A stretch of 64,000 nucleotides of DNA, taken from NCBI GenBank assembly GCA_047495785.1, contig JBLDXI010000011.1:1612001-1676000 (forward strand). The letters run 5' to 3'. The notes below the pieces were generated by a model. It was not told the DNA's origin. It ran no database searches and saw only the letters and a list, made by a program, of their open reading frames with translations. Made by a program: the position numbers and the translations under genes. Position 1 is the first letter of the stretch. Each line of letters opens with the position of its first letter. This document shows, one piece after another, positions 25,288 to 37,074 of this stretch. Source of the stretch: Lepidodermella squamata (taxonomy: Eukaryota; Animalia; Gastrotricha).

Positions 25288-26253
25288 TTAAAGCTTGATG
25301 TCATCACTATGATTTGCTTCACACGCCGGCGTGCCGTCATCATTACTTGTAGACAGTTTTCGAGAGCAGAGCGACGTATGACGTTCGAGGCACGCTTTCG
25401 ACGGGAATTTCAGATTGCACTTACGGCAGATGAGTGAAAAACTGACGACGTGGCGCTGCTCGTGCTTACGCATATCGGCTGCTTGGCGGAATTTCTTTTC
25501 GCAAAAGGCGCATTTGAACGGAAAAATTCCACGATGAATGTAAGAATGCATTGTCAAACTAAAATAATGAAGAAACAGAAAGTCAAATTTTGACCTACAC
25601 ATTTCGGACATCATCGAAATTCAGTAATTATCTTTCAGCCTGAAACCAACTAACCTGTATTTTCTGGCAAAGCTTCGCCCGCAAACTTCGCAGGAAAAAG
25701 GTCGGTAGCTTGGGTCATGCGTCTTAATGTGGCCATTTCGATGCGTGGCCTGCGTGAAGCAAGCGTCACAGATTGGACATTTGTACGGCTTCTCGCCGGT
25801 ATGAATTCGCTTATGAGCCACCAAAGTTCGCTTCTGGTTGAAGCCCTTATCACAAAACTCGCATATGTGAACTCGAGTTGTCGAACCAGGCGAAATTTTC
25901 GAAGTAGACGATGAGGATGAAACAGCTTGTTGGCTGTTATCGCTGAAATCACTCACAACTTCCAACTTCTCCGGCTTCCGAAAATCGACCGGTTCGTTGC
26001 AGATAACCAACTTTGGCCGTTTGTTTGATAAATTTAACACTTGGTCTTCCGGCTGGGTGTTGCTGGTCGAAGGCTCTTCCTGCCGCTGCTCTTGGCTTTG
26101 GGCTAGCAATTTTTCAGCCGCCTTAAAAATCGCAAGAATCGATTCGTCGATTTTTGGCGATGACTCATCGCTATTTTTCGGACATTTGACCGTATGCAGT
26201 ACGATTTGTTCCATAGTCTCCAGCTTTATTTCGCATTTCACGCAGTTGGACAT
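25288..26253 (-). CDS. C2H2 zinc-finger transcription factor (~289 aa, five C-terminal fingers); exons 26253-25655, 25558-25288
   Basis: Fingers begin CEFC, CPIC, CEVC, CAFC and CRKC, with an HTGEKPY linker. A phase-2 intron AG|GTTAGT...TTTAG|T restores finger 3 (RKYSLTMHSYIH). There is an N-terminal CxxC..H..C and CtBP-like motifs VLNLS and PVDFR. Confidence 0.9.
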
Positions 26254-28021
26254 GATTTAAGGTGGTTCTTTGAAGTAGTGAGGCAGTCTTGCAATAATAA
26301 CAATGCTAATATTTTGAGGCCTACCTTTTTTCTCGTATAAGAAGATTGTGCTAAGAAGTTTTTTGGCGTAGTGAGTTTGAGCAACAGGGTGCCCGAAGTT
26401 CGCCATGTGCTTTCGCCTGTGCGTGTGCTACATACAGCAGCGCGAAGTAATAACAGTATAGTAATAATATTAATATTTAACAAAAAAATATTTCTAATTT
26501 TTTATACTAACCCACTCACTAAGTGTTAACACTGCAACGGCGTGCACGTAGCCGGGGTGCAATAATGCGCGCACCTGTTTATACTGCTGTGTAATAGGGA
26601 GCCAGCCGGTGGCGGGGTCGTGATGTGTTGCCGGCGCCGGCTCTCCGTGGACAAGTGGCGGTTCATGTTCGCACAAGCGCTTGGCGAAGGCTGCACATGA
26701 AAAAAGTGAGTGAGAGCGGGAGAGAAAGAGAGAGAGAGAGAGCAATTTCAGCCATAGTTTTATTTTGTGTAATAGCTTTAAATACGCTTTCAAAATAAAG
26801 CTGCCGTACACGCGTTCGTTGCTTAGGGTGGCTACAAGTGCTGACGCGCACGTTCTTGTTGCACTAGCGTGTTCCCTCGGTCTTGATTTTCTGACACTTA
26901 ACGAGGAATAATGATTCATTTATGCCGCCCTATATAACTGAGATAATCAGACATCTTGTTGGAACTTGGAACACGGTCAAGATTCCTGGCTGATGCGGAG
27001 AACGGCGATCTTCCGTTTTAATGCCTACAACCCTCGAAATTTGGGCGAAAAGTGAATAAGAAACTAATAGACTCTTATAGGAGGTATCGAATAGTCTTAT
27101 ACTGAGATAAGAGAATGCAAACCCATGAATTAGTCATTAATACTAGCAAGCCTTCAACCGCTTAAATGCTGCAGGGAAAGTTTATTTGGCGAAATCTCGA
27201 AAATTGAAATTGAAGCAGCTGCTGAAATTTTTCCTCGAGTTGAAACAGTCAATGAAATTATCCCACTACAGCCTTCAACACGCTTGCCATATGGCATCGA
27301 AGGTTCATCCCATCGATCTTATTCGCGCCCATCAAATTTCGTCATGATTCCAAATTTCAAGGTTTATGTAACGAACAGATTGGTTGCAATTCTTAATTTC
27401 CGTTGATATGAGGGAAGCTGTACATTTGGCTCGAAGCTCGTCTTTCAGCGATCGTTATTGTTGATATAACGGTATATTTTTATAGTTTCCAGGTTGATAT
27501 TTTGTACGCTCATTCATCTTGTACAAATCAGATCACGATTCTTATACAGATCAAAACTGGTGGAAGTATATAGGTCACATCTCAAGAGAGGAAAATTCGT
27601 GTCAACATATTTGATTGGATTTCCTTTCATTAACTGTGTAATTTTAAGAAATTACTTTTTCAATCTTAGCCTTGGCTGTTATTAGTTATTAAATTGAAAT
27701 AATACCGCAAAAAATGAGGGGCTGACTTCGGTTGAAACGATGGACGCGTTGTTGTTGCAGGAAAACAAATAATGGCATATTTTGAATGTCGACTACGCCA
27801 TTCGCCATTACTATTCTACTTTGTCCTCACTCCGCGAAACAAAGCGACCATAGATAATAGTAACTACTACTATTACTATTGCTATTATCTATGAAAGCAA
27901 CGCTAACAAGTAGATCCACCTCTCAGTGTGCGTCCTATTGTTGTCTCTACGCAAGATAAAGCCGACTCGCATGTCCCTAGACTCTAGTGTGAACAGTAAA
28001 ACTGTAACATAAAGCGAAAGT

Positions 28022-28908
28022 ATGTTAAGCTATCTAAGCGGCTATTCTACTGCCTTCTTCAGTATAGCCTTACTTTCTGCCATACCTCTACTGCAGTTTG
28101 GCGTAATTTACCCATCTGTCTACACGTCAACGTTTCCTGCCGTTGATCGGAAAACCTGTAAGACCAATTTTTCACTGCGGAACGATTGTTTATTCCGTAA
28201 TTTTAAGGCAAATGTGATTGTTGGGACGGTCTTTTCAAAGGATGGTACGAACGCTGGCCGAGTAGATACCACCATTTGTACTTCAACGTAAACTGGCAAG
28301 TCTTATGCATCTGGGTTGTCACGCTCATTTACGTCCTAGCGATTTACGAATCCATTCGAAAATTGGTGACATGCCAGAAAATTCGCTGGAATTTCGCAGT
28401 GTTATTTTTCAGTGGAATCTACGCCCATCACTACTCGTGGTGGATGTACTTCGGCTATTTCAACGATGACTACTACGTCCAGTACTGGCATCAAGCTCTG
28501 TTTTCTGCTAGTGAAATCTACGCAGCTTGGATTGCGTTATCGTTAGCCGCCTCGTCAGATCAAGCCTTGGATATTTCGATTGAAGTTGAAAAGCTTACTG
28601 CACTGGCTTCGATCAGTCTTGCGCATCTTGTCATCGGAGGGCTAGATCAGTTCATTGAACAAAATATATACGGCTCGGGCCAAGTTTCGGAACAATCCCG
28701 GAATATCGGTTTCATCATACCTGACGCTCTCGGATTGGCTATCGCTTTGTTTGAGCTGAGGCGTCAACTGCCGACTTACTTAGAAGAGACTGCGACTGAT
28801 GTCTGGGCGGCGAAAGCGACGACTTTTACGGGGTTCTCGCAGTCAAAAGCTTTCAAGAAAGGCGTCCGGATATTCATGATTATTACAACAATAGGTCTCA
28901 TTTTTTAG
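28022..28908 (+). CDS. Uncharacterised multipass membrane protein, paralogue 1 (~278 aa); exons 28022-28157, 28208-28908
   Basis: A 50-nt phase-1 GT-AG intron gives VDRKTCKCDCWDGLFKGWYERWPSRYHHLYFN. Other motifs: HHYSWWMYFGYFNDDYY..WHQ, HLVIGGLDQF, RNIGFIIPD. Confidence 0.88.
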
Positions 28909-29641
28909 CTGCTCCGGCGTTTTATAGAAATAAAGCATTGGAAACTGTGAATAATGACAGGAAACTCTTAATTCTGCCCTGTTATCAATTACAAAACCCG
29001 AAGAATTTCGGCTGAAAACCGAAATACCGAAATATACCGAATCGGTAGCCATGACTGGTTTTTCGGGTTTTCTTCGGTAAGTCCGAATTTTCAATGAATG
29101 GTTTCGCTGTAAGTTTACTTGGGGAGTTAAACCAACCCAATAGAAATAGAGGTTTGAAGTAATGCAGGAACGACATTTTGCAAGACACTTTGCTTTACAA
29201 CCGAACAGAAATGTTTACTGTTACCGTTTTTCACAATTCGGTAAGAGATGAGTGGTACCACCATCCAGGCTGCTGAAGATCGCTGTGAGAATGCTCTAAG
29301 GTCCTTTCCTTGTGTCCTATATGTTGATAGTTTCGTCCCGTGAATGAAAAATCCTGCTATACCCAGCGGAACCATGGAAAATCCGAAAATTACCGAAAAT
29401 CTTACCATTCCGGGTTTTCTCCGCAAAACGCTTTGAATCGAAAATCTCCCCAAAATTGAAATTCCTTGAAAAAAACTCAATTTAAGGCTGCCTAAAAGGC
29501 ACTGTTGTAGCGACTCACCAGCTTTTAAGCGGGCTTGGAAGATCCTGTGATGACACCTAGAAATCGGTATTTTTTCTGTTTCGCGTACGCTTTTTGAACC
29601 TTCGTTTGCAAAACTCTGATACGATTCAACAATGTTTTATT

Positions 29642-32600
29642 TCAAGCCGATCTCCCTGGCAAGTAATCCAGAAAGCTCTCCCGTGATTCAGAACCCGAGA
29701 AAAGTCCAATAACCATAAAAAACGCAAAAATCATCCAGCCTAACAGCATTTCCCTTGAAAACAACAAAATCGCTAGGTTGGAACGCAGGAACAACCGAGA
29801 CTGCGAACTTCGAACCGCAACAAAAGCCGGCCATAACTTGCGCAAATCACACAACGGCAGGACAAGACCGAGTAAGTCCGGCAGAACGAGGCCCATATTC
29901 CGCGTCCGCTGCGACGTGTCACCCTTGCCCAAAATGTTGTGCGTCACAAATTGGTCAAGGCCGCCAATTGCTAAATGCGCCGCGCTCATCGCTGCCAGCC
30001 CGAACAAATGCATTATCGAGTAATTGAAACCGTTTTGATTCTGGTTTTTATTCGATGATGATTTAGTCGCCATTGTCAGCGCGACCCATGACGCGTAGAT
30101 TTCGCTGATGGAAAACAACGCTTGGTGGAAGAATTGGTCGAAGAAATTGTCGTTGAAATAGCCAAAATATACCCACCATGTGTAGTGGTGGGCGTAGAGA
30201 CTTAGGAAAAACAGGACAACATAACGAAATTGCAGTTTTTCAGCGTTCAAAAGAGCGCGGAAAGATTCGTGGACTAGAAGGACGTAGAGTAAGGTTATAG
30301 CCCAGATTCCGACGGTCTCTCGCGTTAGGTTGAAGTAGACGTGGTGATACCCGCCTGGCCAGGATTCTTCGTAGCCTTTGAAATCAGTGTCCCAACATCC
30401 GCATGAGCCTGCAAATATGTAAAAAGATTTAAAAAAATTGGATTAATCATGTTGACTTTTAATGTGATATAGGGCCAGTTAGGTACCTGAATTTGGTTTA
30501 CCTGTACTTGCACAAACGATTTTGCACAAAAGACACTGCACAAATGCACTTGCACAAAAAATTTTGCACAAACACATTTTTTTCAGCTCGTTCGATTCCT
30601 CTTTGAAAATTACATATAGCGAATATAAAATAACAACGTAAAACCTTATAAAAAATGAATCAACGTAAGAATGAAAGCGTGAGGCCTACACGCGCTTCAA
30701 ATCACACGTTTTACGGATATAAAAGCCTTCAATATTTCATTTTATCTCAACACCCAATTTTTCATTTTTCCTTTTAATTATTTTGAAACACTTTGATATT
30801 GCTCGTCATGCCTGTGACTTGCGAGGATTGTGGCAAAATTTGCAAAAGTAAGGCAGGATACAAGTGTCATTGGCGCCTGATACACAACAAAGATGATGGC
30901 GGCCGTCGATCTCGTTCTCTGGAAACCCCCGTTGTCGACGAAGCCGAAAGGCGCGCTGCAACAGCTGTCGGTAGAAGATCACGTTCACAAGACAACGACA
31001 GGCCGCGCTCTGCCCTCTCGAATTCCTCTTCGCCAATACGAATCCGCAATAAACCCGCCATGCGTCTGATTTCGCCTGAGGCATCGGTCGTGGTGACTCG
31101 AAGCCAAGTTGAGAGTCCAGTCGTTGACAGCAGCGATGATTCTATTCCACGGGATCAAGTTTCAAGCACGAAGTCGACGCCATCGGAAAGGAGTCTGACC
31201 CCACCAATTGTAAGACTTGATAGAATCTATGTATCTCTAAAGTTTTTATTTCCGATTTCACACAGTCATCTCCAATTCGTGTGCCTAGCGTGCCGGCATC
31301 TAGGCCGAACACGGTGAAAGGTTTCTACCAGCTGGGTTCCGCTGAGCGTGACGCCTTTTTGCGCGAATTGCTGGGGAACATTCAAGGGTCTTCAAGTGCT
31401 GCTGATGGTGAAGCTGCCGCCAATCCATCTGCCGATTCTGCTGAAAATGAAGAGAATGTAGTCCCTGATTTCGAACTGGACCTGTTCGAAGATGATGCTC
31501 TCACCGAGTTGAGTGACGATGACTTCGTCACTCAACCTGTGCTGAGGAGGCTTTTCCCTGGAATTGTCATTAAAGGTAATTACTTGAGATTTTCAAGACT
31601 TCAAAATTGACTGATTTTGTAATTATTCTAGGTTGTCTCTTCCATTATTGCCAAGCAGTATTGAATTGGTTGAAAGAGCATGGTTTGATTGTCGAGTATC
31701 GTAGAAATGGTGTCTTACGAAAGCTGGTTCGCCGCTTCATGGCACTTGCCCTCCTACCTCTGCGTCACGTTTTCCCTACCGCCGAGCGCCTGCGTCGACT
31801 TGCTCCCGCTCGCATGAAGTCTTTCGTCACGTACTGGTTTCAGACGTGGGGCAACCATCCTGAAGACTGGAATTGCTACCGCGAGAGCCACAGAACCAAC
31901 AACAACGTGGAAGGGTGGCACTCACGGCTGAACCGGAAAGCGCGTTTCGTGTCCAAAAACATCTGGAGTTTCATCTCGCTCATCAAAAAAGAAGACGACG
32001 TAGTGAAGTCCAAGGTTGGGAAACAAGATGCTGGCATCAACCCGAATCGCGTCGTCCGCAAATACGCCCAGGTCGATGAGCGTGTCCAAATGTTTAGCCG
32101 TCGCTGGGCGAAAAAAGAACTAACGACGATGGACTTTTTGGACAAGGTCCAGTCTGCACTACTCAACCTTGATAATGTTTTTAATTGATTTGTGTGAGCT
32201 GAAGAGTAGTGATGAGGATGAGAAAATCACTTTGGGACCAATTAAAAATGTGCGTGATCGCATTTGGATGAATAAAGAAGCAGGGCACTTTAATGCGATT
32301 AATAAATAAAACAATTGCGCTAAATATAGCTAGTTTTGCATCTATTTCCCAATTTGAAATAGCTTGAACTTTATTTAAAAATGACAAGTACTATTAATTG
32401 ATTTTTTATAAGGTTTTACGTTGTTATTTTATATTCGCTATATGTAATTTTCAAAGAGGAATCGAACGAGCTGAAAAAAATGTGTTTGTGCAAAATTTTT
32501 TGTGCAAGTGCATTTGTGCAGTGTCTTTTGTGCAAAATCGTTTGTGCAAGTACAGGCATACCCTGAATTTGAAGCTAAAACTAGATTTCTCCAAAACAAG

Positions 32601-32969
32601 GTTTTCGACTTCGTATCGCTCCAGCTTTTTAGCATTTAATTTTAAAATTTTAATTAAATTGAAATTTTTTAAAATGCTTTCAAGTTTCAAAATTTTTTAA
32701 AAATTCAAGAAATAATAATCACATAATAAAGAAATTAGTTTTCAAAATTGAAAAATTGAAATTTGAAAATTTTAACTAAATTGAAAAATCGGGTATTTTC
32801 CAACGAAAAATTGCAACTTACAGTTGTGACGCTCAAATGGCATCGGTTTTTCCCCGATAATTTTCGGGTACAAAAATCCGAAGGTAAATAACGGAATTCC
32901 CAACTGCAACAACGTAGTCGAAGCAACTACAATCAACGGCCTTTCTTCGACCTCCTTCAAATTAACCAT
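29642..32969 (-). CDS. Uncharacterised multipass membrane protein, paralogue 2 (~304 aa); exons 32969-32822, 30408-29642; the intron carries a MULE
   Basis: The phase-1 junction T|GTAAG...TGCAG|GC yields HNCSCGCWDTDFKGYEESWPGGYHHVYFN. HHYTWWVYFGYFNDNFF..FHQ, HLAIGGLDQF and RNMGLVLPD match paralogue 1. Confidence 0.88.
30496..32561 (+). mobile_element. Mutator-like (MULE) DNA transposon, ~2.07 kb, with ~160-bp TIRs and a target-site duplication
   Basis: Near-perfect inverted repeats at ~30496-30656 and ~32401-32561, each with five TGCACAAA sub-repeats. The flanking direct repeat CCTGAATTTG lies at 30486-30495 and 32562-32571 (8-10 bp TSD depending on where the terminus is called). Confidence 0.93.
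30808..32188 (+). CDS. Three-exon gene inside the MULE (~422 aa): C2H2 finger, Ser/Arg-rich and acidic linker, C-terminal half of a MULE transposase; exons 30808-31209, 31266-31575, 31632-32188
   Basis: Two 56-nt GT-AG introns (phase 0 and phase 1) join three ORFs with no stop. Finger CEDCGK..CHWRLIH; MULE signatures LFPG..IKGCLFHYCQAV and RTNNNVEGWHSRLN. Confidence 0.82.
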
Positions 32970-33020
32970 CGCAAAAAATTCTAAAAATATTGGGGAAAAA
33001 ATAAGAAATCAATATTTCAT

Positions 33021-34139
33021 TCAGGAGAACAGCCCTAACAACAACAGAAAATTGAAAGCGATAAATCCATTGGCAAAATGGTGCGAGTTGAAAATCGACT
33101 TCCAATTCGCCAACAAAAACGATGAAGTCGGGACATTTTTAGTCACCCCTAACAATTGCGGCGCGATTCGGCAAATATCAATCGATGCCAGGGTGACTGC
33201 AAAAATTTCCGGAAGAACAAGAACTGAAAAATTTCGATTTTTCAACGAATAGCCCGAATTTCCGTAGAAATCCAGCCCAGTACATAACAGGAAAATTTTC
33301 GCGAAATTCGTGAAAAATATGTTTGTATATCGATGAAAATTATCCGATAGATCTGCCCAAGGCTGGGCGACAAATTCCGTTGATCGGCGTTGATTAATAG
33401 CCAACAATAAGCACATCCAAGACGCGTAGATTTCAAAGCACGTGACCAGGAGGCGAATGGCAAATTTCGACCCGTAAAAATCGTCGTTAAAATGGCTGAA
33501 CGCCGACCACCAAGCGTTGTAGTGCGCAGGCAGGGTGGCTACAAAGAGTGCGCAGTATCGAAAATTCAAGCAATTTGACGCTGCGTTGAGGTAGATTTTT
33601 CGTAACGATTCGTGGATTAACAGGACGTAGAGTAAGGTGGCTAGCCAAATGAACGCTGTTTGCCATGTTATGTTGAAGTAAACGTGGTGGTATCGACTTG
33701 GCCATATTTCATAAGACGCCTTGAACTGCGTGTCCCAACATGCGCAGGTACCTTGTAAGAAAAATCAATCGAATGGTAGAAAAAAAATCGATAATGGCCC
33801 ATAAAGAAATTTTCAACAATTTCTGAAAATGAAATATTGAAATAATTGAAATTTTATGTAAAATGAACAATTTCACGGATTTCAAATTGAGAAAATTAAG
33901 AAAATTCAAATTTTCCAAATTCAATTATTATTCAAACGACTCATTTAAAATTTGAAAATTGACTGAAAAAATTGAAATTTATAAAAAAAAATCTCACAAT
34001 TGAATTTTTGTAAAAATCGACGTTTATAGCTGCCCTGGCCGAGGGTCGGCGATCCAAAGTGAAGCCATGGAAATAAAATCAGCAACAAAGTCGTTAAACC
34101 AGTAACAACTAACGGTGAAGCTTGGCGTAGGCCTTGCAT
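33021..34139 (-). CDS. Uncharacterised multipass membrane protein, paralogue 3 (divergent, ~290 aa); exons 34139-33998, 33751-33021
   Basis: The phase-1 junction T|GTGAG...ACAAG|GT yields FNCTCACWDTQFKASYEIWPSRYHHVYFN; HYNAWWSAFSHFNDDFY. The intron position is the same as in paralogues 1 and 2. Confidence 0.85.
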
Positions 34140-35039
34140 TTGTATATATTTCACTTTAAAATTGCATATGAATGGCTGTAAATATTGTACCAGAATGAGA
34201 AGTAAAGCGCGAACATTTCATATCATAGAAGAAACAATACTTGGCGCTTTTGTGTCCAGGGTGTTTACACTCGCTGCTCAACAAATAAGTGCCTTTTACA
34301 GGTGTTACGCTTTTGTGTCACCTTTTAAACTCGATACCGTATATTGATATCTTAGCAGCTTGAAAAATATTAGAAATTCTTTAAATTACTTCGAAATCTT
34401 ACAACAGATTGAGTACAGTGCCCGTGACGTAAATTCAGAAAAAAAGAAAAAAATACTTCAACATTTTATTTAGGGACAATTTTCATCTACTAGACTCATT
34501 AATTTTGGTGCCCCAGCTTCGAGAATTTTAGACTTGAACACCTCGAAATAGGGATTTCGAAATTTTTCTTCGAATCTTCGAACCTTTTCAAACCCAAACA
34601 GTATATTTCACTCTTATTAGTGGTTTTCGCGATCGACGGTCAGTTTACGAGCTGGAGGGCCGATTTCGATTCCAAGTATCGATTTTACAAATCAGTGATT
34701 TTTCCGATACCGGCAGTCTTTGATGCCAACTTTGAAAATTTTTCCAAATAGCTGGTTGCAACAAGTAGCTAAAATAAAAAATCCGCCGGTGATAAGAAAA
34801 AGTCGAAATTGAAAAAATCTGAAAAATTAGGAAATGATAATTCTTGCCCATTTTGGCCGATATGATTTTAATTTAATTTAATTTCAATTTTTATGATTGT
34901 TCATTGATATCACATAATAGGGACAAATGACAAGTTTTATGTTTTAATTGAAAGGCTAAAATAATTCAAAATTTCCAAAATCTTCCGCGATGTGATCTTC
35001 AGACTTTTCTGAGTATTTTTTCACCTGCCGCGACCAAAC

Positions 35040-35490
35040 TATCGACGATATCAGCTTTGATCAGCCGGGAAGAATGGACTACGGTATCACTGCGGATGAC
35101 GTTAGTATACCAACACCAGGATGTGAGGTTATTGATAATGAAGAAGGAGCAAATGTATTACTCGGATCTACAACATGTATAGATGCAAACTCGACATTTT
35201 TTTACCCGTCTTTCTGTCCATTTATATGATAACACTACCATTTTTACCGTGAAACAGCTTACACCATTGCATTTTAGCCGAAAAAGGTGCGGTTCTCTGA
35301 TCCGCGGACTTGAACTTGAGCAACAATTTATCAGGGCCGCTTGATACATATACCATTGGCATCCTTAATGACAGCAGACAACCACATTGCACCGACGTCT
35401 TTTTGATCCCAGCGGTGAATTTCAACGGCAATAAGGAAGCGCAAGTTGAGGCTCCTTTTACCGATTTTGGGTATATCATATCGCGAAAAC
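35040..35490. mobile_element. Internal fragment of the long terminal arm of the CAGGGTG-ended element family
   Basis: Co-linear with 54925-55355 (e.g. TCTCTGATCCGC.GACT..AACTTGAGCAACAATTTATCA.GGCCGCTTGATA and TTTTGATCCCAGCGGTGAATTTCAACGGCAA). Confidence 0.7.
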
Positions 35491-35506
35491 TATTTACCGA
35501 ACGAAC

Positions 35507-35980
35507 GCTATTTACCGTACGTTCGAAGAAACGACGAAGTGGTACAAGGCGAAATATCATTAAGTACCTGTTCTTGTCATCGACAACGTAAATAGGCTGG
35601 CAAGAAAGAAACCAAAAATGTTAGAAGTGCTTCAAGAAGGCGCAAAAGACGCTATTGACCATCGCCAATTCGTTACTGTATTTGTATCATCCGATAGTGT
35701 GACGCCTCAGCAAATTACGAGTTCGTTTATTTCCTGTCAATTCGTTCCAGTAAATGCTAACTGTTTTATTTATTCAATAGGCAGAAATGCCTTTTCACGT
35801 GGGAGGTTGTATCGCGTAGGCGATATCAATCAAGATCAAGTGTTCGAGTACCTTCAGAAATGTTGCGTGATGAACACTGATGGTACGCTCTACTCGCGCG
35901 TCTTTGCCCTTGTCGGTGGACGTGTGAATGAGTTGAGCTGAGTTTCTGCTGACCTGATAAACGGAACATCGTTTCAAGGT
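35507..35980 (+). pseudogene. Internal/C-terminal fragment of the P-loop ATPase family (copy 1)
   Basis: Near-identical to ~43060-43300 (MLEVLQEGAKDAIDHRQFVTVFVS). It continues past a 60-nt intron (35721-35780) into RNAFSRGRLYRVGDINQDQVFEYL...LVGGRVNEL. It lacks the 5' half and has a stop/frameshift at the Walker B region. Confidence 0.75.
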
Positions 35981-36414
35981 AGTCACTTGTATTTTGCTCT
36001 TCTATATGTAAACATTAACCCGTTTTAACCTACCGTCCTTTATTTGGGACGCACTTTTTTGAAGCCGGATATAACTACGTTAAGCGCGAAATAAGCCTAA
36101 AAGGACCACCTTAATCTACCTAACCCAAATCTACCCCTAACCTAACTTTAAAACTAAACTTAACCAGGATTGCAAATCTTCAGGATTACAAATCTCAGGA
36201 TTGGGGATTTAGTTTGTCGCCAATCCTTTCCGAACGACGGCATAATACACTCAAACCTCAAACGTAAATCCAAAATTCTACTAAAAACTCTGCGGCAAAT
36301 TTTAACATCTTTATTACAATCAAATGACAAAATATTTCTAAAATATGTTCCCTGTTTATTATCAATAATTTTATGTGATGGTTATATGAATTTTGAATTT
36401 GAATTTTTGGGCGA

Positions 36415-36990
36415 TCTGGACCTCCGCATCGCTAGCCAGAATCGCCTACCTCTCCAAGCCAGAATAAATATCTACAATAGTCTCGTCGCTTGCCACCTTT
36501 ATTTCGCTGACGTCGTTGCTAATCTAGCTACCTTCACTAGCTCGCAAAAAACCTACCAATCCGCACAGAATAAGGCAACTAGGGCTCTGCTTAACAAACC
36601 GTACTCGTTCGACGCCACCGCTCTCCTCAAACAGTTAGTTTGGCTACCAATTGACGGGAAACGCCTAATCCACGAAATGACTCTAGTTTGGAAATGTTTG
36701 CACTCTCAATAATTTTTGCTCGAAATCCCTCGACAAGCTCACCATCTCAGCTTTCGATTTCGTGCTGCTAGCAAGTGGAATGATTTACCTCCATCGATAA
36801 GATCTTCCGAAAACCCGAAGATCCTCAGAGACCAACTCCTGAAAGTACTGTTGAAAGCAGAATATGTGGACGATTTCGTCTACACAAAGAAGAGGTGACC
36901 CGCCACCTTACCTCGACGCGCCCATCTGCGACCGTTGGATGGAAGACCGCCTTAGTGCGAATTCAACGCTATTAGCTATTATACATACAT
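36415..36990 (+). mobile_element. 5'-truncated LINE (CR1/L2-type ORF2 C-terminus and 3' UTR)
   Basis: LPLQARINIYNSLV..HL, AQNKATRALL, LKQLVWLPI..R, SFRFRAASKWNDLPPSIR; ends in short (ATAC)-type repeats. Confidence 0.75.
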
Positions 36991-37016
36991 GCATACATGG
37001 GGCGCGTCTTTCTTTG

Positions 37017-37074
37017 CTCTTTCGTGCGCTTGATTGATGTTTTTGTGTCAGGCAAGTTCTTACGTAGCACTTGG
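37017..37074 (+). repeat. 58-bp sequence identical to 62985-63042
   Basis: CTCTTTCGTGCGCTTGATTGATGTTTTTGTGTCAGGCAAGTTCTTACGTAGCACTTGG occurs at both sites. Confidence 0.85.

Noticed and set aside
30505-30575. TGCACAAA repeats as a CRISPR or iteron array
   Set aside because: They lie within the MULE TIR and are mirrored at the other end.
32970-33060. In-frame cis-spliced fusion of paralogue 3 to paralogue 2
   Set aside because: It needs a phase-1 donor near the end of paralogue 3; the nearby GT dinucleotides are phase 2 and weak.
37017-37074. 58-bp repeat as a tRNA, snRNA or SL RNA gene
   Set aside because: No cloverleaf or A/B boxes and no convincing donor plus Sm-site arrangement; not supportable without a covariance search.
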